Source of the DNA: Candidatus Iainarchaeum sp.
GTDB lineage: Archaea > Iainarchaeota > Iainarchaeia > Iainarchaeales > DTGL01
NCBI GenBank assembly: GCA_038736825.1
Contig: JAVYME010000007.1
Span: 1-32,000, forward strand
Length of the DNA: 32,000 nucleotides
Reading direction: 5' to 3'
This document shows positions 7,304-15,570 of the stretch, one piece after another; position 1 is the stretch's first letter; each line of letters opens with the position of its first letter. Under the pieces are notes generated by a model. It worked only from the letters and a program-made list of their open reading frames with translations. It had not been told where the DNA came from and did no database searches. A program made the translations under genes and the position numbers.

Positions 7304-7935
7304 TGGTTTTTCTCCAGCAATACTGCTTTTTTTCCGCACAATTTTGCGAAAAGCTTTGCGTTTTCAATTGTTCCGTTTCCAGCATCTCCACCGTAATGCA
7401 TTGGTATTGCGATTTCTGGATTGATTGCTTGAACTGCTTTGACTGCGTCCTCTGCGCTCATAGTGTAAGTGCCATCCACTGGCAGGAATGCAACATCCAC
7501 TTTTCCCTTCAAGGAATTCATTTCTGGAATGAAATCAGTGTCGCCTGCAATGTAAAAGCGCACTTTTCCTGTTTCGAAAACAAAGCCTGTTCCGATTCCT
7601 TTTGGATGGAATGGTTTTGAAACATTGTAAGAGGGCACTGCAAAAATTTTGACTTCTTTTGCTTCAAAAGACTGTCCTGCTTTTAAGGGAACGGTTTTCC
7701 ATTTTGAAAGCTTTTGCGCTGCAAGTGAATTGCAAACTATTATTGTTTCAGGCGAGGCAATTTTTGCAATGTCTTCTGGCGAGCAATGGTCAAAGTGTTC
7801 ATGGGTTACCAGCACAATGGATGCCTTTTCGTTTTCTTTTATGTTGAATGGGTCTGTGTAAATCGTGTTATTGCCTGTTTTTATTTTGAAGCAGGCATGG
7901 CAAAGCCATTCTATTATAGTGCCCTTGAATTCCAT
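7300..7935 (-). CDS. Metallo-beta-lactamase-fold metal-dependent hydrolase (UPF0173-like)
   Basis: It has the HxHxDH motif in IVLVTHEHFDHCSPEDI, a later GDTDF motif, and a ~210 aa size typical of stand-alone MBL-fold hydrolases. Confidence 0.75.
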   Translation of the reverse strand: MEFKGTIIEWLCHACFKIKTGNNTIYTDPFNIKENEKASIVLVTHEHFDHCSPEDIAKIASPETIIVCNSLAAQKLSKWKTVPLKAGQSFEAKEVKIFAVPSYNVSKPFHPKGIGTGFVFETGKVRFYIAGDTDFIPEMNSLKGKVDVAFLPVDGTYTMSAEDAVKAVQAINPEIAIPMHYGGDAGNGTIENAKLFAKLCGKKAVLLEKNQ

Positions 7936-8041
7936 TAAAGCCCTTAAAAATTGGTGTTTAAATTCTTAAAAAAGTTTCTGGATGCATTGAAAAAGAGTGA
8001 ATTGCGTGCAAAAAACATTTTATCAGCAAAAAAACAGGCTT

Positions 8042-9409
8042 TTAAGCAGATTCTTTTTTCTTTGCTATTGATTTGTGGAGTTTTTCAAGTTTTTCCAGGG
8101 CTTTCTCGCGCTCTTCCTTTTTTTTATCCGCCTCTTTCTCTTCAGGTTTTTTTTCCTCTTCTTTTTTTGGTTCTTTTGCTGGTTCCATTGATTGTGGTGC
8201 TGGGGCTTCTTCTTTTTTCAATTCCTCTTTTTTTGTTTTTTTTGCCTTTTTTTTGCCTTTTTTGCCCTCTTCTTTGAGTTTCTTTTCTTTTTCCAATCCA
8301 ATTATTTCATCCACTGCTTTCAAGAACAAGCCAGCTGTCCAAGCAAAAGGGCTTTCGCTTTTCAACAAAAAAGAATCAATCGGCCTTTTATGCTTGTCAA
8401 AGATTTCATTGGTAACACAATAATTGTTTATTTGCCATGCAAGCCTGTCCAATTCCATTAGTGCTTGTTCTTTTAAGCCGATTTTGTTGAGAGCAATTGC
8501 GTTCATGCAACCAATCCAAGGCCAAGAGAACCCGTTATGGTAATAATAGGCTTTTGTTGGCAGTATTAATAGTGAGGGCACTACCTTCCAAAAAGGATAG
8601 GGCGGATAATTGGTTTTCATGGGCACTTGGTTTAAGCCGTGTTTTTCAATGAATTCCTCTATTTTTAGCGCTCTATCGCTTGTGGCAATGCCCCATGCGA
8701 CTGCAAGCACGTTTCCATCGCTTGAAAAATAATTGTGTTTTGTTAATCCAATCCAGTCAGTGTAATAATAGTTTTCCCAAAACTTTATGTTTAGGGCAAG
8801 CCTTGTTGTTTCAGCCCTTTTCTCGTATTCTGTTGAAATCATTTTCACTCCAAGCCAGTCTGCGAGAAAGGCGAATTCTTTGAGTGCATAATAATAACAG
8901 CAGTTGGAGTAAAGCACTTTGCCGTGCTTTAATATGGTGTCAGCCCAGTTCGAGAAAAAGCCCTCTTCTATTAAGCCGTCCTTGTCGCGATCCATTTTGC
9001 AAAGCCATTCCATTGAAAGCGAAACCTTTTTGAAATTGGATTCTATGAAGACTTTGTCATCGCTTTTCCTTGCATAGTCTGCAAGTGCGATTACAAAGAG
9101 TGCATTTGAGTCCACTGGTGGTGGAAAAAAAGCAAAGGGCTTGTATTTTGGCTTTAATTTTAGGGAAATTATTGCTGGAAGAAGCCCTTTTTTGTCCTGC
9201 AAGTCCAAAAACAATTGCAGGTTGTTTTTTGATTGCTTGAAATCGCCTATAGCGTTTGCCCCAAGAGAGGCAAAAAACGAATCCCTTGCCCAGTATTGCT
9301 GGAAATGCCCTCTTCCAGCCAAAATGCCGGATTCAGTATAGCATTCCCGCAAGTCTCTTTTAGCGATTTCTATTGCGTCAGCAATGGCTTTCTCCAAGCA
9401 AAAAACCAT
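8042..9409 (-). CDS. Six-hairpin (alpha/alpha)6 glycoside hydrolase, glycogen-debranching-enzyme (GDE_C)/GH63-like, with K/E-rich C-terminal tail
   Basis: The motif GRGHFQQYWARDSFFASLGA and W/Y-rich helical repeats are typical of amylo-alpha-1,6-glucosidase-like barrels. The last ~85 aa are low-complexity K/E/P sequence. Confidence 0.6.
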   Translation of the reverse strand: MVFCLEKAIADAIEIAKRDLRECYTESGILAGRGHFQQYWARDSFFASLGANAIGDFKQSKNNLQLFLDLQDKKGLLPAIISLKLKPKYKPFAFFPPPVDSNALFVIALADYARKSDDKVFIESNFKKVSLSMEWLCKMDRDKDGLIEEGFFSNWADTILKHGKVLYSNCCYYYALKEFAFLADWLGVKMISTEYEKRAETTRLALNIKFWENYYYTDWIGLTKHNYFSSDGNVLAVAWGIATSDRALKIEEFIEKHGLNQVPMKTNYPPYPFWKVVPSLLILPTKAYYYHNGFSWPWIGCMNAIALNKIGLKEQALMELDRLAWQINNYCVTNEIFDKHKRPIDSFLLKSESPFAWTAGLFLKAVDEIIGLEKEKKLKEEGKKGKKKAKKTKKEELKKEEAPAPQSMEPAKEPKKEEEKKPEEKEADKKKEEREKALEKLEKLHKSIAKKKESA

Positions 9410-9476
9410 CCATCAGTATTTTTTTTTAATACAATTAATAACTGTTTCTGCCTTTAAAAGGTTATCGGGTGAAATT

Positions 9477-10277
9477 GTGAAAGCAGTGATTGTTTCCGCT
9501 AAAAGCGTTAAATCGCTTTGCAAGCGCAATCCTTGCTCGCACAAGGGCGAAAACGGCGTTTTACTTGTTATTGCTGGTTCTAAAAAATTTCATGGAGCGG
9601 AAATCCTTGCAGCAAAGGCAGCCTCGCTTTTCACAGACCTTGTTTTTGTTTTAACCGAAAAGGAAAACCTTTCATATGCAAAGCATGCAACACCGCTCAT
9701 AATTGCCAGCGAGTTCTCAAAAAAAAACCTGATTGAATTCGGAAAAAAAGCGGATTGCATTCTCATTGGGCCGGGTTTGAGTGAAAACAACAAAAACAGG
9801 AAATTGATTTGCTTTGCATTGAAAAAATTTTCCGGAAAAAATTTTGTTTTGGATGCTGCTGCCTTAAGGCTGGCTGACAAAAGGCTTTTAAACAAAAAAT
9901 GCATTCTCACCCCGCATGCAGGCGAATTCATGGCGGTTTTTGGAAAAAAGGCTTCCCCAAAAGAGGCAATAGTGCAAGCAAAAAAATGGAATTGCATTGT
10001 TGTGCTCAAAGGAAAAACCGATTTTGTAAGCAATGGAGTGCGCCTTTACGAAAACAGGACTGGAAATGCCTTAATGACTGCTGGCGGCACAGGCGATGTC
10101 TTGGCTGGAATCATTGCAGCGTTTGCCTGCAAAAACAAGCCACTCAAGGCAGCCCTTGCAGGAATCTATTTGACTGGCTTTGCAGGCGACTTGATTGCAA
10201 GAAAAAATGCTGGGCTTAATGCTGAAATGCTTTTGGAAATGCTGCCAAAAGCAAAAAAAATCTGTGAAAAAAGTTAA
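9477..10277 (+). CDS. nnrD: ADP/ATP-dependent NAD(P)H-hydrate dehydratase (YjeF C-terminal / carbohydrate kinase family)
   Basis: Diagnostic motifs are HKGENGVLLVIAGSKKFHGAEILAAKAA, TPHAGEF, LKGKTDFV and GGTGDVLAGIIAAF. The ORF-track ATG at 9384 overlaps the divergent gene start at 9409, so the in-frame GTG at 9477 is proposed. The start remains uncertain. Confidence 0.75.
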   Translation: MKAVIVSAKSVKSLCKRNPCSHKGENGVLLVIAGSKKFHGAEILAAKAASLFTDLVFVLTEKENLSYAKHATPLIIASEFSKKNLIEFGKKADCILIGPGLSENNKNRKLICFALKKFSGKNFVLDAAALRLADKRLLNKKCILTPHAGEFMAVFGKKASPKEAIVQAKKWNCIVVLKGKTDFVSNGVRLYENRTGNALMTAGGTGDVLAGIIAAFACKNKPLKAALAGIYLTGFAGDLIARKNAGLNAEMLLEMLPKAKKICEKS

Positions 10278-11365
10278 GCTTGTTTTTGGGTTTTGTTTTC
10301 CACAAACTCTTCCACAAGCTTTTTCGCTTGATAGTCAGAAAACTGTTTTGGAGGGTGCTTGAAAAAATAAGCGCTTGGGCCAACAATTGCTCCAGCTAGT
10401 TTCCTGTCAAGCGCTATTTTAGCGCACCTTATTGCGTCAATCATTACGCCGGCAGAATTCGGTGAATCCTCCACTTCAAGCCGTATGTCCAAGTGCATTG
10501 GCACGTTTCCAAACTTTCTGCCCTCCATTCTTATAAAACCAATTTTTTTGTCTTTCAAAAAGGGAATGTAATCGCTTGGACCAATGTGAATGTCTTCAGC
10601 GGATAATTCTTTTTCAAGCTGGCTTTGAACTGCACTGGTTTTAGAGATTTTTTTGGATTTAAGCCTTGCTCTGCTGTCAATCATGTTCAAAAAATCAGTG
10701 TTGCCGCCCACATTCAACTGGTAAGTGTGCTCTAATTGAACACCCCTGTCTTCAAAGAGTTTTGCCAGAACGCGGTGGATTATTGTGGAACCTATTTGGG
10801 ATTTTATGTCATCGCCTAAAACCGGCAAGCCAGCGTTTTCAAACAATTTGGCGTTTTTTTCATCTGATGCCACAAAAACAGGGATTGCGTTTATGAATGC
10901 AACTCTTGCTTCAAGGCAAGCGTCAACATATGCTTTAGTGGCTTTTTCAGAGCCAACAGGCAAATAGTTTATCATTATTTCTGCACCGCTTTCCCTTATC
11001 TCTTTCACTAAATCGCATTCTTTTTGCTTTTCATCCACTAAAAACATTTCTCTAGTGGTTTCAGTTATGCCGTCCAATATCGGGCCTTTTTTCACTATGA
11101 CTCCTGTTTTGTTGATGTTTGAAAACTTGATTGTGCAATTGGGTGGAGAGAAAGCGGCTTCACTCAAGTCTTTTCCCACTTTGCGCTTGTCAATGTCAAA
11201 AGCCACTACTGGTTTTATGTCACTGATTTTGTATCCGCCTAAAACGTTGTGCATTATTCCAGGCACTTTTGGGGATTTTGGGCCAACATCTTTGTAGAAT
11301 TCTAGTCCTTGCAATAGCGAGCTCGCGCAATTGCCTACTCCGATAATGCCGATTTTTATGGGCAT
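10274..11365 (-). CDS. ino1: myo-Inositol-1-phosphate synthase, archaeal type
   Basis: The N-terminal Rossmann motif is MPIKIGIIGVGNCASSLLQGLEFYK, and GDDIKSQIGSTIIHRVLAKLF is also present. Start is preferred at Met16 (ATG 11365-11363) directly before the Rossmann motif. Confidence 0.8.
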   Translation of the reverse strand: MPIKIGIIGVGNCASSLLQGLEFYKDVGPKSPKVPGIMHNVLGGYKISDIKPVVAFDIDKRKVGKDLSEAAFSPPNCTIKFSNINKTGVIVKKGPILDGITETTREMFLVDEKQKECDLVKEIRESGAEIMINYLPVGSEKATKAYVDACLEARVAFINAIPVFVASDEKNAKLFENAGLPVLGDDIKSQIGSTIIHRVLAKLFEDRGVQLEHTYQLNVGGNTDFLNMIDSRARLKSKKISKTSAVQSQLEKELSAEDIHIGPSDYIPFLKDKKIGFIRMEGRKFGNVPMHLDIRLEVEDSPNSAGVMIDAIRCAKIALDRKLAGAIVGPSAYFFKHPPKQFSDYQAKKLVEEFVENKTQKQA

Positions 11366-11384
11366 AACAAAAACCTTCAAAAAA

Positions 11385-11399
11385 GCATTATAGTAATGC
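11385..11399 (-). terminator. Hairpin plus T-run downstream of guaA
   Basis: On the - strand the palindrome GCATTACTATAATGC is immediately followed by TTTTTTG, about 20 nt after the guaA stop. Confidence 0.4.
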
Positions 11400-11419
11400 C
11401 TTGAATACAATTAAAAGAA

Positions 11420-13228
11420 TTACTCCCATTCGATTGTTGCCGGCGGCTTGTTGGTGATATCGTATAAAATTGCTCCAATGCCGCTTGTTTTCATTATGCT
11501 TGAAGCCATTTCTTTTAGGATTTGTGGCTCCATTTTGTAGAATTCTGCAGTCATTGCCTCTTTGCTTTGAACCGGTCTTAAAACCACTGCCTCTCCTTTT
11601 CCGTTTACCTGGATTGGAAGCAATACCACTGGAAACTGCCATATTTCTGCTTGGATTCCTTTTTCCAGTGCAATCTTGTTTGCTATTGCGTCGGCTTTCC
11701 TGCACAATTCTGTTCTTTTTTTGTCCACAAACGCTTTTTTTGCCTTGATTTTTTTCACGTTTTCTGGAATGACAAGGAAAACCACTCTATTGATTTCCTG
11801 CAAGGAATTGGTTAGTTCAATTGAGGCTTTTTCGAGTTTTTCCCAGTCCAGTGCTCCTGAAAGCAATACTGGGTGCTTGTAAGTGCGCAGGTCTCCTGCA
11901 ACTCCCACGCTTTTAACTGGCAGAATGGCTGCCTTAAAACCGTGCTTTTCAGCGATTTCTCTTGCTTTTTTTTCTTGTTCAAGGACTTTTTTTTCCAGTG
12001 CTTTTCCTTCAGAGCACAAAACCCTTATGCCCAAGCCTGGCCCTGGAAAGGGATGCCTCCATACAAGGTCATCGCTTAAGCCAACAAGTTTGCCTAATTC
12101 CCTTACTTCGTCTTTGTATAATTCGCTTAATGGTTCTATTATTGCGCCTTTTTCCACCATTTCCGCTATTTCCTCTATTCTGTTGTGATGGGTTTTTATT
12201 CTGTCAGCGTATTTTGTGCGCGCGGTTTCAATTGTGTCAGGATAGATTGTTCCTTGCGCTAAAACCCATTCGTTTTCGTTAAAGCCAAGCTTTTCCACTT
12301 CTTTTTTTGTGATTTCAAGAAAGAGTTTTCCTATTATTTCGCGCTTTTTTTCAGGGTCAAAGGTTTTTTCCAGTGCTTTAAAGAATTCTTTAGAGTAATC
12401 CACTACTTTTAATTGTTTTCCGAGTTCGAGTTCTTGAAGGGCTTTTTCTACTGCACTGGTTTCCCCTTCACGCATTAATCCAGTGTCAACGTGCAATGCG
12501 AAAACCTTTTCTTGGTCTAAAGCCATGCCAAGCAATGCCAGTGTGACTGTTGAGTCAACTCCACCGCTTGCAAGCAATAAAACCTTTTTGTCGCCAGCCT
12601 TTTGCCTTATCTCCGCTATTGCCTTTTCAAGATAGCCTTGCATGGACCACTCTTTTTTGCATTCACAAATGTCCAAAACAAAGCTTGCAAGCATTTCCAT
12701 GCCGAACTCGGTGTGCGCTACTTCGGGATGGAATTGCACTCCATAAATTTTTTCCTTTTCGTTCGCCATTGCTGCAACCCTGCAATTGCCAGTGGAGCCA
12801 ATTATTTCAAATCCCTTGGGTGGTTCCACCACTTCATCGTTGTGGCTCATCCAAACAATGCTTTTTTCTGGCACTCCAATGAACAACGGGCTTTCACCTA
12901 TTGCAATCATTTCGGTTTTGCCGAACTCTTTTTTTTCACACCTGCCGATTTTGCCACCCAGTTCCCTTGCAATCAATTGCATTCCATAGCAAACGCCAAG
13001 CATTGGAATTTTTGAGGAAAAAATTTCTGGATTGAAGGCAGGGCTTTTCTCTTCAACAATGGAGTACGGTGAACCGCTTAAAATCAAGCCTTTTGCCTCT
13101 CTCAATTTTTCAATTGGCGCGTCAGGCAATGCTATTTCTGCAAAAACCCCCATTTCGCGCACTCTGCGCGCTAAAAGGTTAGCGTATTGCCCGCCAAAAT
13201 CCAATACAATGATTTTGTTTTCCGGCAT
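11420..13228 (-). CDS. guaA: GMP synthase (glutamine-hydrolysing), fused long form (602 aa)
   Basis: The GATase part carries VCYGMQLIA and FHPEV.H, the ATP-PPase P-loop is LLASGGVDSTV, and HPFPGPGLGIRVL and the C-terminal NKPPATIEWE are present. There are ~80 extra residues between the PPase domain and the C-terminus. Confidence 0.9.
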   Translation of the reverse strand: MPENKIIVLDFGGQYANLLARRVREMGVFAEIALPDAPIEKLREAKGLILSGSPYSIVEEKSPAFNPEIFSSKIPMLGVCYGMQLIARELGGKIGRCEKKEFGKTEMIAIGESPLFIGVPEKSIVWMSHNDEVVEPPKGFEIIGSTGNCRVAAMANEKEKIYGVQFHPEVAHTEFGMEMLASFVLDICECKKEWSMQGYLEKAIAEIRQKAGDKKVLLLASGGVDSTVTLALLGMALDQEKVFALHVDTGLMREGETSAVEKALQELELGKQLKVVDYSKEFFKALEKTFDPEKKREIIGKLFLEITKKEVEKLGFNENEWVLAQGTIYPDTIETARTKYADRIKTHHNRIEEIAEMVEKGAIIEPLSELYKDEVRELGKLVGLSDDLVWRHPFPGPGLGIRVLCSEGKALEKKVLEQEKKAREIAEKHGFKAAILPVKSVGVAGDLRTYKHPVLLSGALDWEKLEKASIELTNSLQEINRVVFLVIPENVKKIKAKKAFVDKKRTELCRKADAIANKIALEKGIQAEIWQFPVVLLPIQVNGKGEAVVLRPVQSKEAMTAEFYKMEPQILKEMASSIMKTSGIGAILYDITNKPPATIEWE

Positions 13229-13243
13229 TCGAGCACCACTTGC

Positions 13244-13255
13244 ATAATTTTAAAG
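13244..13255 (-). promoter_or_regulatory. Candidate TATA box for guaA (short or absent leader)
   Basis: The - strand reads CTTTAAAATTAT, centred ~22 nt upstream of the guaA ATG at 13228. Confidence 0.3.
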
Positions 13256-13444
13256 AAAAAACTGTTAAAAAGGCATTATATTGCTTTTTTTTCGGGTTTT
13301 AATGAAAGGTTTGGATTTCACACCGGTTAGTTTTTTAAGAACTTCAGTGAAAGAATAATGCAGTGTTGAGAGTCAAGGGGGCAAGTCATACCGCTGAGCG
13401 GATCCCTGGCTTGCTCCTTTAACGCTTTCTGTTTCTTTAAATTT

Positions 13445-14614
13445 TCAGCTTGTTGAAGGAAACCGTGCCTTTTCCAGTATGTTTTTCGGGTATTTGGGCA
13501 AAAACTCTGGTTTTGCCAGCATTGGAATGCCGTCCAGTTCTTGAACATCAGTGGTTGAAATCTTGCCATAATAGAGTTTTTCTATTTCTCCGCCTTTTTG
13601 CAAAAAATCTTGCACTTCCAGTGCGCCTTCGAAATAAAAATAGTCTTTTGGAAAAGCTCCAGGAAGAGAAGTGTCATTCAAGCCGCGTTTTGCGCGCTGG
13701 GCTAAGCGGTAAGCCTGTTCTTGTGGAAAAAAATCGCAAAGAAATTTGAATGTTTCAAAAAAAGAATTCTTTTGAGCGAAATCCACTGCAAGAACTCGCC
13801 CAGCATAGTTTTTCACTTGCTCTCCGTCAAGCAATCCAAACACTGCCTCGTTAACCACGGCAAGGCCTTCCTCTGTTTTAAGCCAGTTCCCTCCAGAGCC
13901 CTCCATAAACAAGCGAAAAGGCTGCCTTAAACCATTCAAATAACGAAAAATGTGGGTTTCAATTTCATGCAATGCCAGTCGTTTCAAATCGCTTTCAGAA
14001 AAGATTGCTCCCTCGCGCACTTTTAAAACCGCGCTTTTTGCCAGCACTACTGCGTTTGGGGAAATGTTTTCATCCAAAACCACATTCCAGCTGATTTTTT
14101 TACTGGAAAGTTCCAGTGCAAGCATTTCCGCTGCCTGCTTGCTTGAAATATTTTTTTCACTTCCATTCACTTTCACTGAATTAATTGTTTCCATTGCAAG
14201 CTTTAAGGTTTCACTGGATGGCAATCCATAAAATTCTGCTGCCTTTTCAGGAAACGCTTCAGAGCCAATGCTTCGCACCAACTCCATTCTTGCAAGCGAA
14301 GCATTTTTTCTTTTGTTCAAAAGCCGTCCAATGCCTGAATCCTCTATTTGTATGCTTTCCAGTTCTTTCCTTATTTGAAGGTATTCTGGTGTCATGGAAA
14401 AATGGCTGAAAACAGGGTTCTTTGGAAGGTAAGCGAACCTTGGATTTATTTCTTTTCCTTTAGCCAGTGCTTCAAAAAACCTTTTCCTTTGCGAAACAGA
14501 ATTGGTTGGCTCAACAAACTTTAAAACATCGGTTTCAAGCCCATCAGTTATTTCAAAAAGCCTTTTCTCGATTTCAAAAAACTCGCTAACAGGCTCAACA
14601 TCCTTTCCATTCAT
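13445..14614 (-). CDS. DUF1704 / MATCAP-like putative metallocarboxypeptidase (QEGLA-motif family)
   Basis: It has the HExxxH-type motif LALHEIETHIFRYLNG followed by WLKTEEGLAVVNE, a counterpart of the QEGLA motif. Confidence 0.6.
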   Translation of the reverse strand: MNGKDVEPVSEFFEIEKRLFEITDGLETDVLKFVEPTNSVSQRKRFFEALAKGKEINPRFAYLPKNPVFSHFSMTPEYLQIRKELESIQIEDSGIGRLLNKRKNASLARMELVRSIGSEAFPEKAAEFYGLPSSETLKLAMETINSVKVNGSEKNISSKQAAEMLALELSSKKISWNVVLDENISPNAVVLAKSAVLKVREGAIFSESDLKRLALHEIETHIFRYLNGLRQPFRLFMEGSGGNWLKTEEGLAVVNEAVFGLLDGEQVKNYAGRVLAVDFAQKNSFFETFKFLCDFFPQEQAYRLAQRAKRGLNDTSLPGAFPKDYFYFEGALEVQDFLQKGGEIEKLYYGKISTTDVQELDGIPMLAKPEFLPKYPKNILEKARFPSTS

Positions 14615-14784
14615 AAATCAATTGCGAAAGCCAATTCTTTTAAAAATAAGGATTTAACCTTATTGCCTTGCAGCCCTCAATAAAACGCGCTCATGGAATG
14701 CCGAGAGCGTTCTAAAATCAAAAAAAAAACACAAAAAAAAGCCATTTTTAAAAAAAAGCAAAATTAATAATAGCCTTCCCTGAC

Positions 14785-14796
14785 AAAATATTAAAA
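14785..14796 (+). promoter_or_regulatory. Candidate TATA box for tRNA-Ser(UGA)
   Basis: AAAATATTAAAA is centred ~21 nt upstream of tRNA position 1. Confidence 0.3.
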
Positions 14797-14810
14797 GAAC
14801 AAAAGGCTTT

Positions 14811-14980
14811 GCCGAGATGGCGGAGTGGCCCAACGCGCCAGCCTTGAGCCCAGCCTTTTTCTTTTAAAAAGAAAAAGCCTAGGTTTGACAAAAAGAAAGA
14901 CTTGATGGCAAAAGAAAATTGTGCGGCAAGCAAGCTGGTATGCCTTTTGGCATGCGGGGGTTCGAATCCCTCTCTCGGCG
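14811..14980 (+). tRNA. tRNA-Ser(UGA), class II, with 84-nt intron at 37/38 (intron 14849-14932)
   Basis: The acceptor stem is GCCGAGA/TCTCGGC with discriminator G. The D stem has 3 bp (GCG/CGC). The anticodon stem is CCAGC/GCTGG, with loop CTTGAG|A and anticodon TGA at 14845-14847. The long variable arm is ATGCC-TTTT-GGCAT and the T arm is GGGGG-TTCGAAT-CCCTC. No CCA is encoded and a T-run follows. The 4-bp helix CTTG/CAAG is flanked by 3-nt bulges AGC and CAA, forming a BHB. Confidence 0.85.
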
Positions 14981-15004
14981 CTTTTTTTTTCACTGGTGGC
15001 ATTA

Positions 15005-15568
15005 ATGGGTTTCACTGGGTTTGCATTGAAATGCTTGGAACTCAAGGATATTGAGCGCACGGGCTGGCTTGTGCGCAAAGTGAAAAAACCGGAAAGCGTT
15101 GCAAGCCATTCCTTTTTTTTGGCTTTATTGTGCTCTCTTTACGCAAAAGAAGAAGGCTTGAATGAATTGAAGTGCGTTAGGCTGGCTCTCGCCCACGACC
15201 TGCATGAAACAATCTGTGGGGACATTTGCTCTAGGGAATTCGAGCACGAACAGGAAATGACAAACGCTGAAAAAAAGAAAACCGAAGCAAAAGCAATAAA
15301 AAAATTTTCAGGCTTTGTTCCAAAAAGCAAGAGAAAAGCGCTTTCATGCCTTGAATTAGAATTCCTTGAACTTCAATCAAAAGAAGCTGTTTTTGTAAAA
15401 GACATGGACATGATTGAAATGTGCTTGCAGGCACTATACTATAAAAAAAATGAAAGAGTGAAAGCCGACATGAGTGATTTTTTCAGGAAAACCGAAAGAG
15501 AACTCAAAACCAGCACTGGCAAAAGGCTTTTCACCCAAATAAAAAAAGAATTTTCAAAATTAAAATAA
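15005..15568 (+). CDS. HD-domain hydrolase, YfbR-like 5'-deoxynucleotidase family
   Basis: Motifs are ESVASHSF (His) and LALAHDLHETICGDI (HD), with a ~190 aa size. The start is moved to Met29 (ATG 15005) because the ORF-track start at 14921 lies inside the tRNA gene. Confidence 0.7.
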   Translation: MGFTGFALKCLELKDIERTGWLVRKVKKPESVASHSFFLALLCSLYAKEEGLNELKCVRLALAHDLHETICGDICSREFEHEQEMTNAEKKKTEAKAIKKFSGFVPKSKRKALSCLELEFLELQSKEAVFVKDMDMIEMCLQALYYKKNERVKADMSDFFRKTERELKTSTGKRLFTQIKKEFSKLK

Positions 15569-15570
15569 AA

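Noticed and set aside
8073-8461. F/S-rich + strand ORFs (8073-8423, 8192-8461, 7951-8277)
   Set aside because: They are antisense translations of the K/E-rich tail of the glycoside hydrolase gene and consist of pure low complexity.
14699-14790. 29-codon K-rich ORF (MECRERSKIKKKHKKK...) upstream of the tRNA
   Set aside because: It is a product of poly-A runs in a promoter spacer and has no start context or motif.
14748-15078. ORFs 14748-15002 and 14791-15078 (-), and the 5' extension of 14921-15568 (+)
   Set aside because: They overlap the tRNA-Ser(UGA) gene and translate tRNA sequence (for example GFEPP from the T arm). The HD-domain gene is better started at ATG 15005, after the tRNA.
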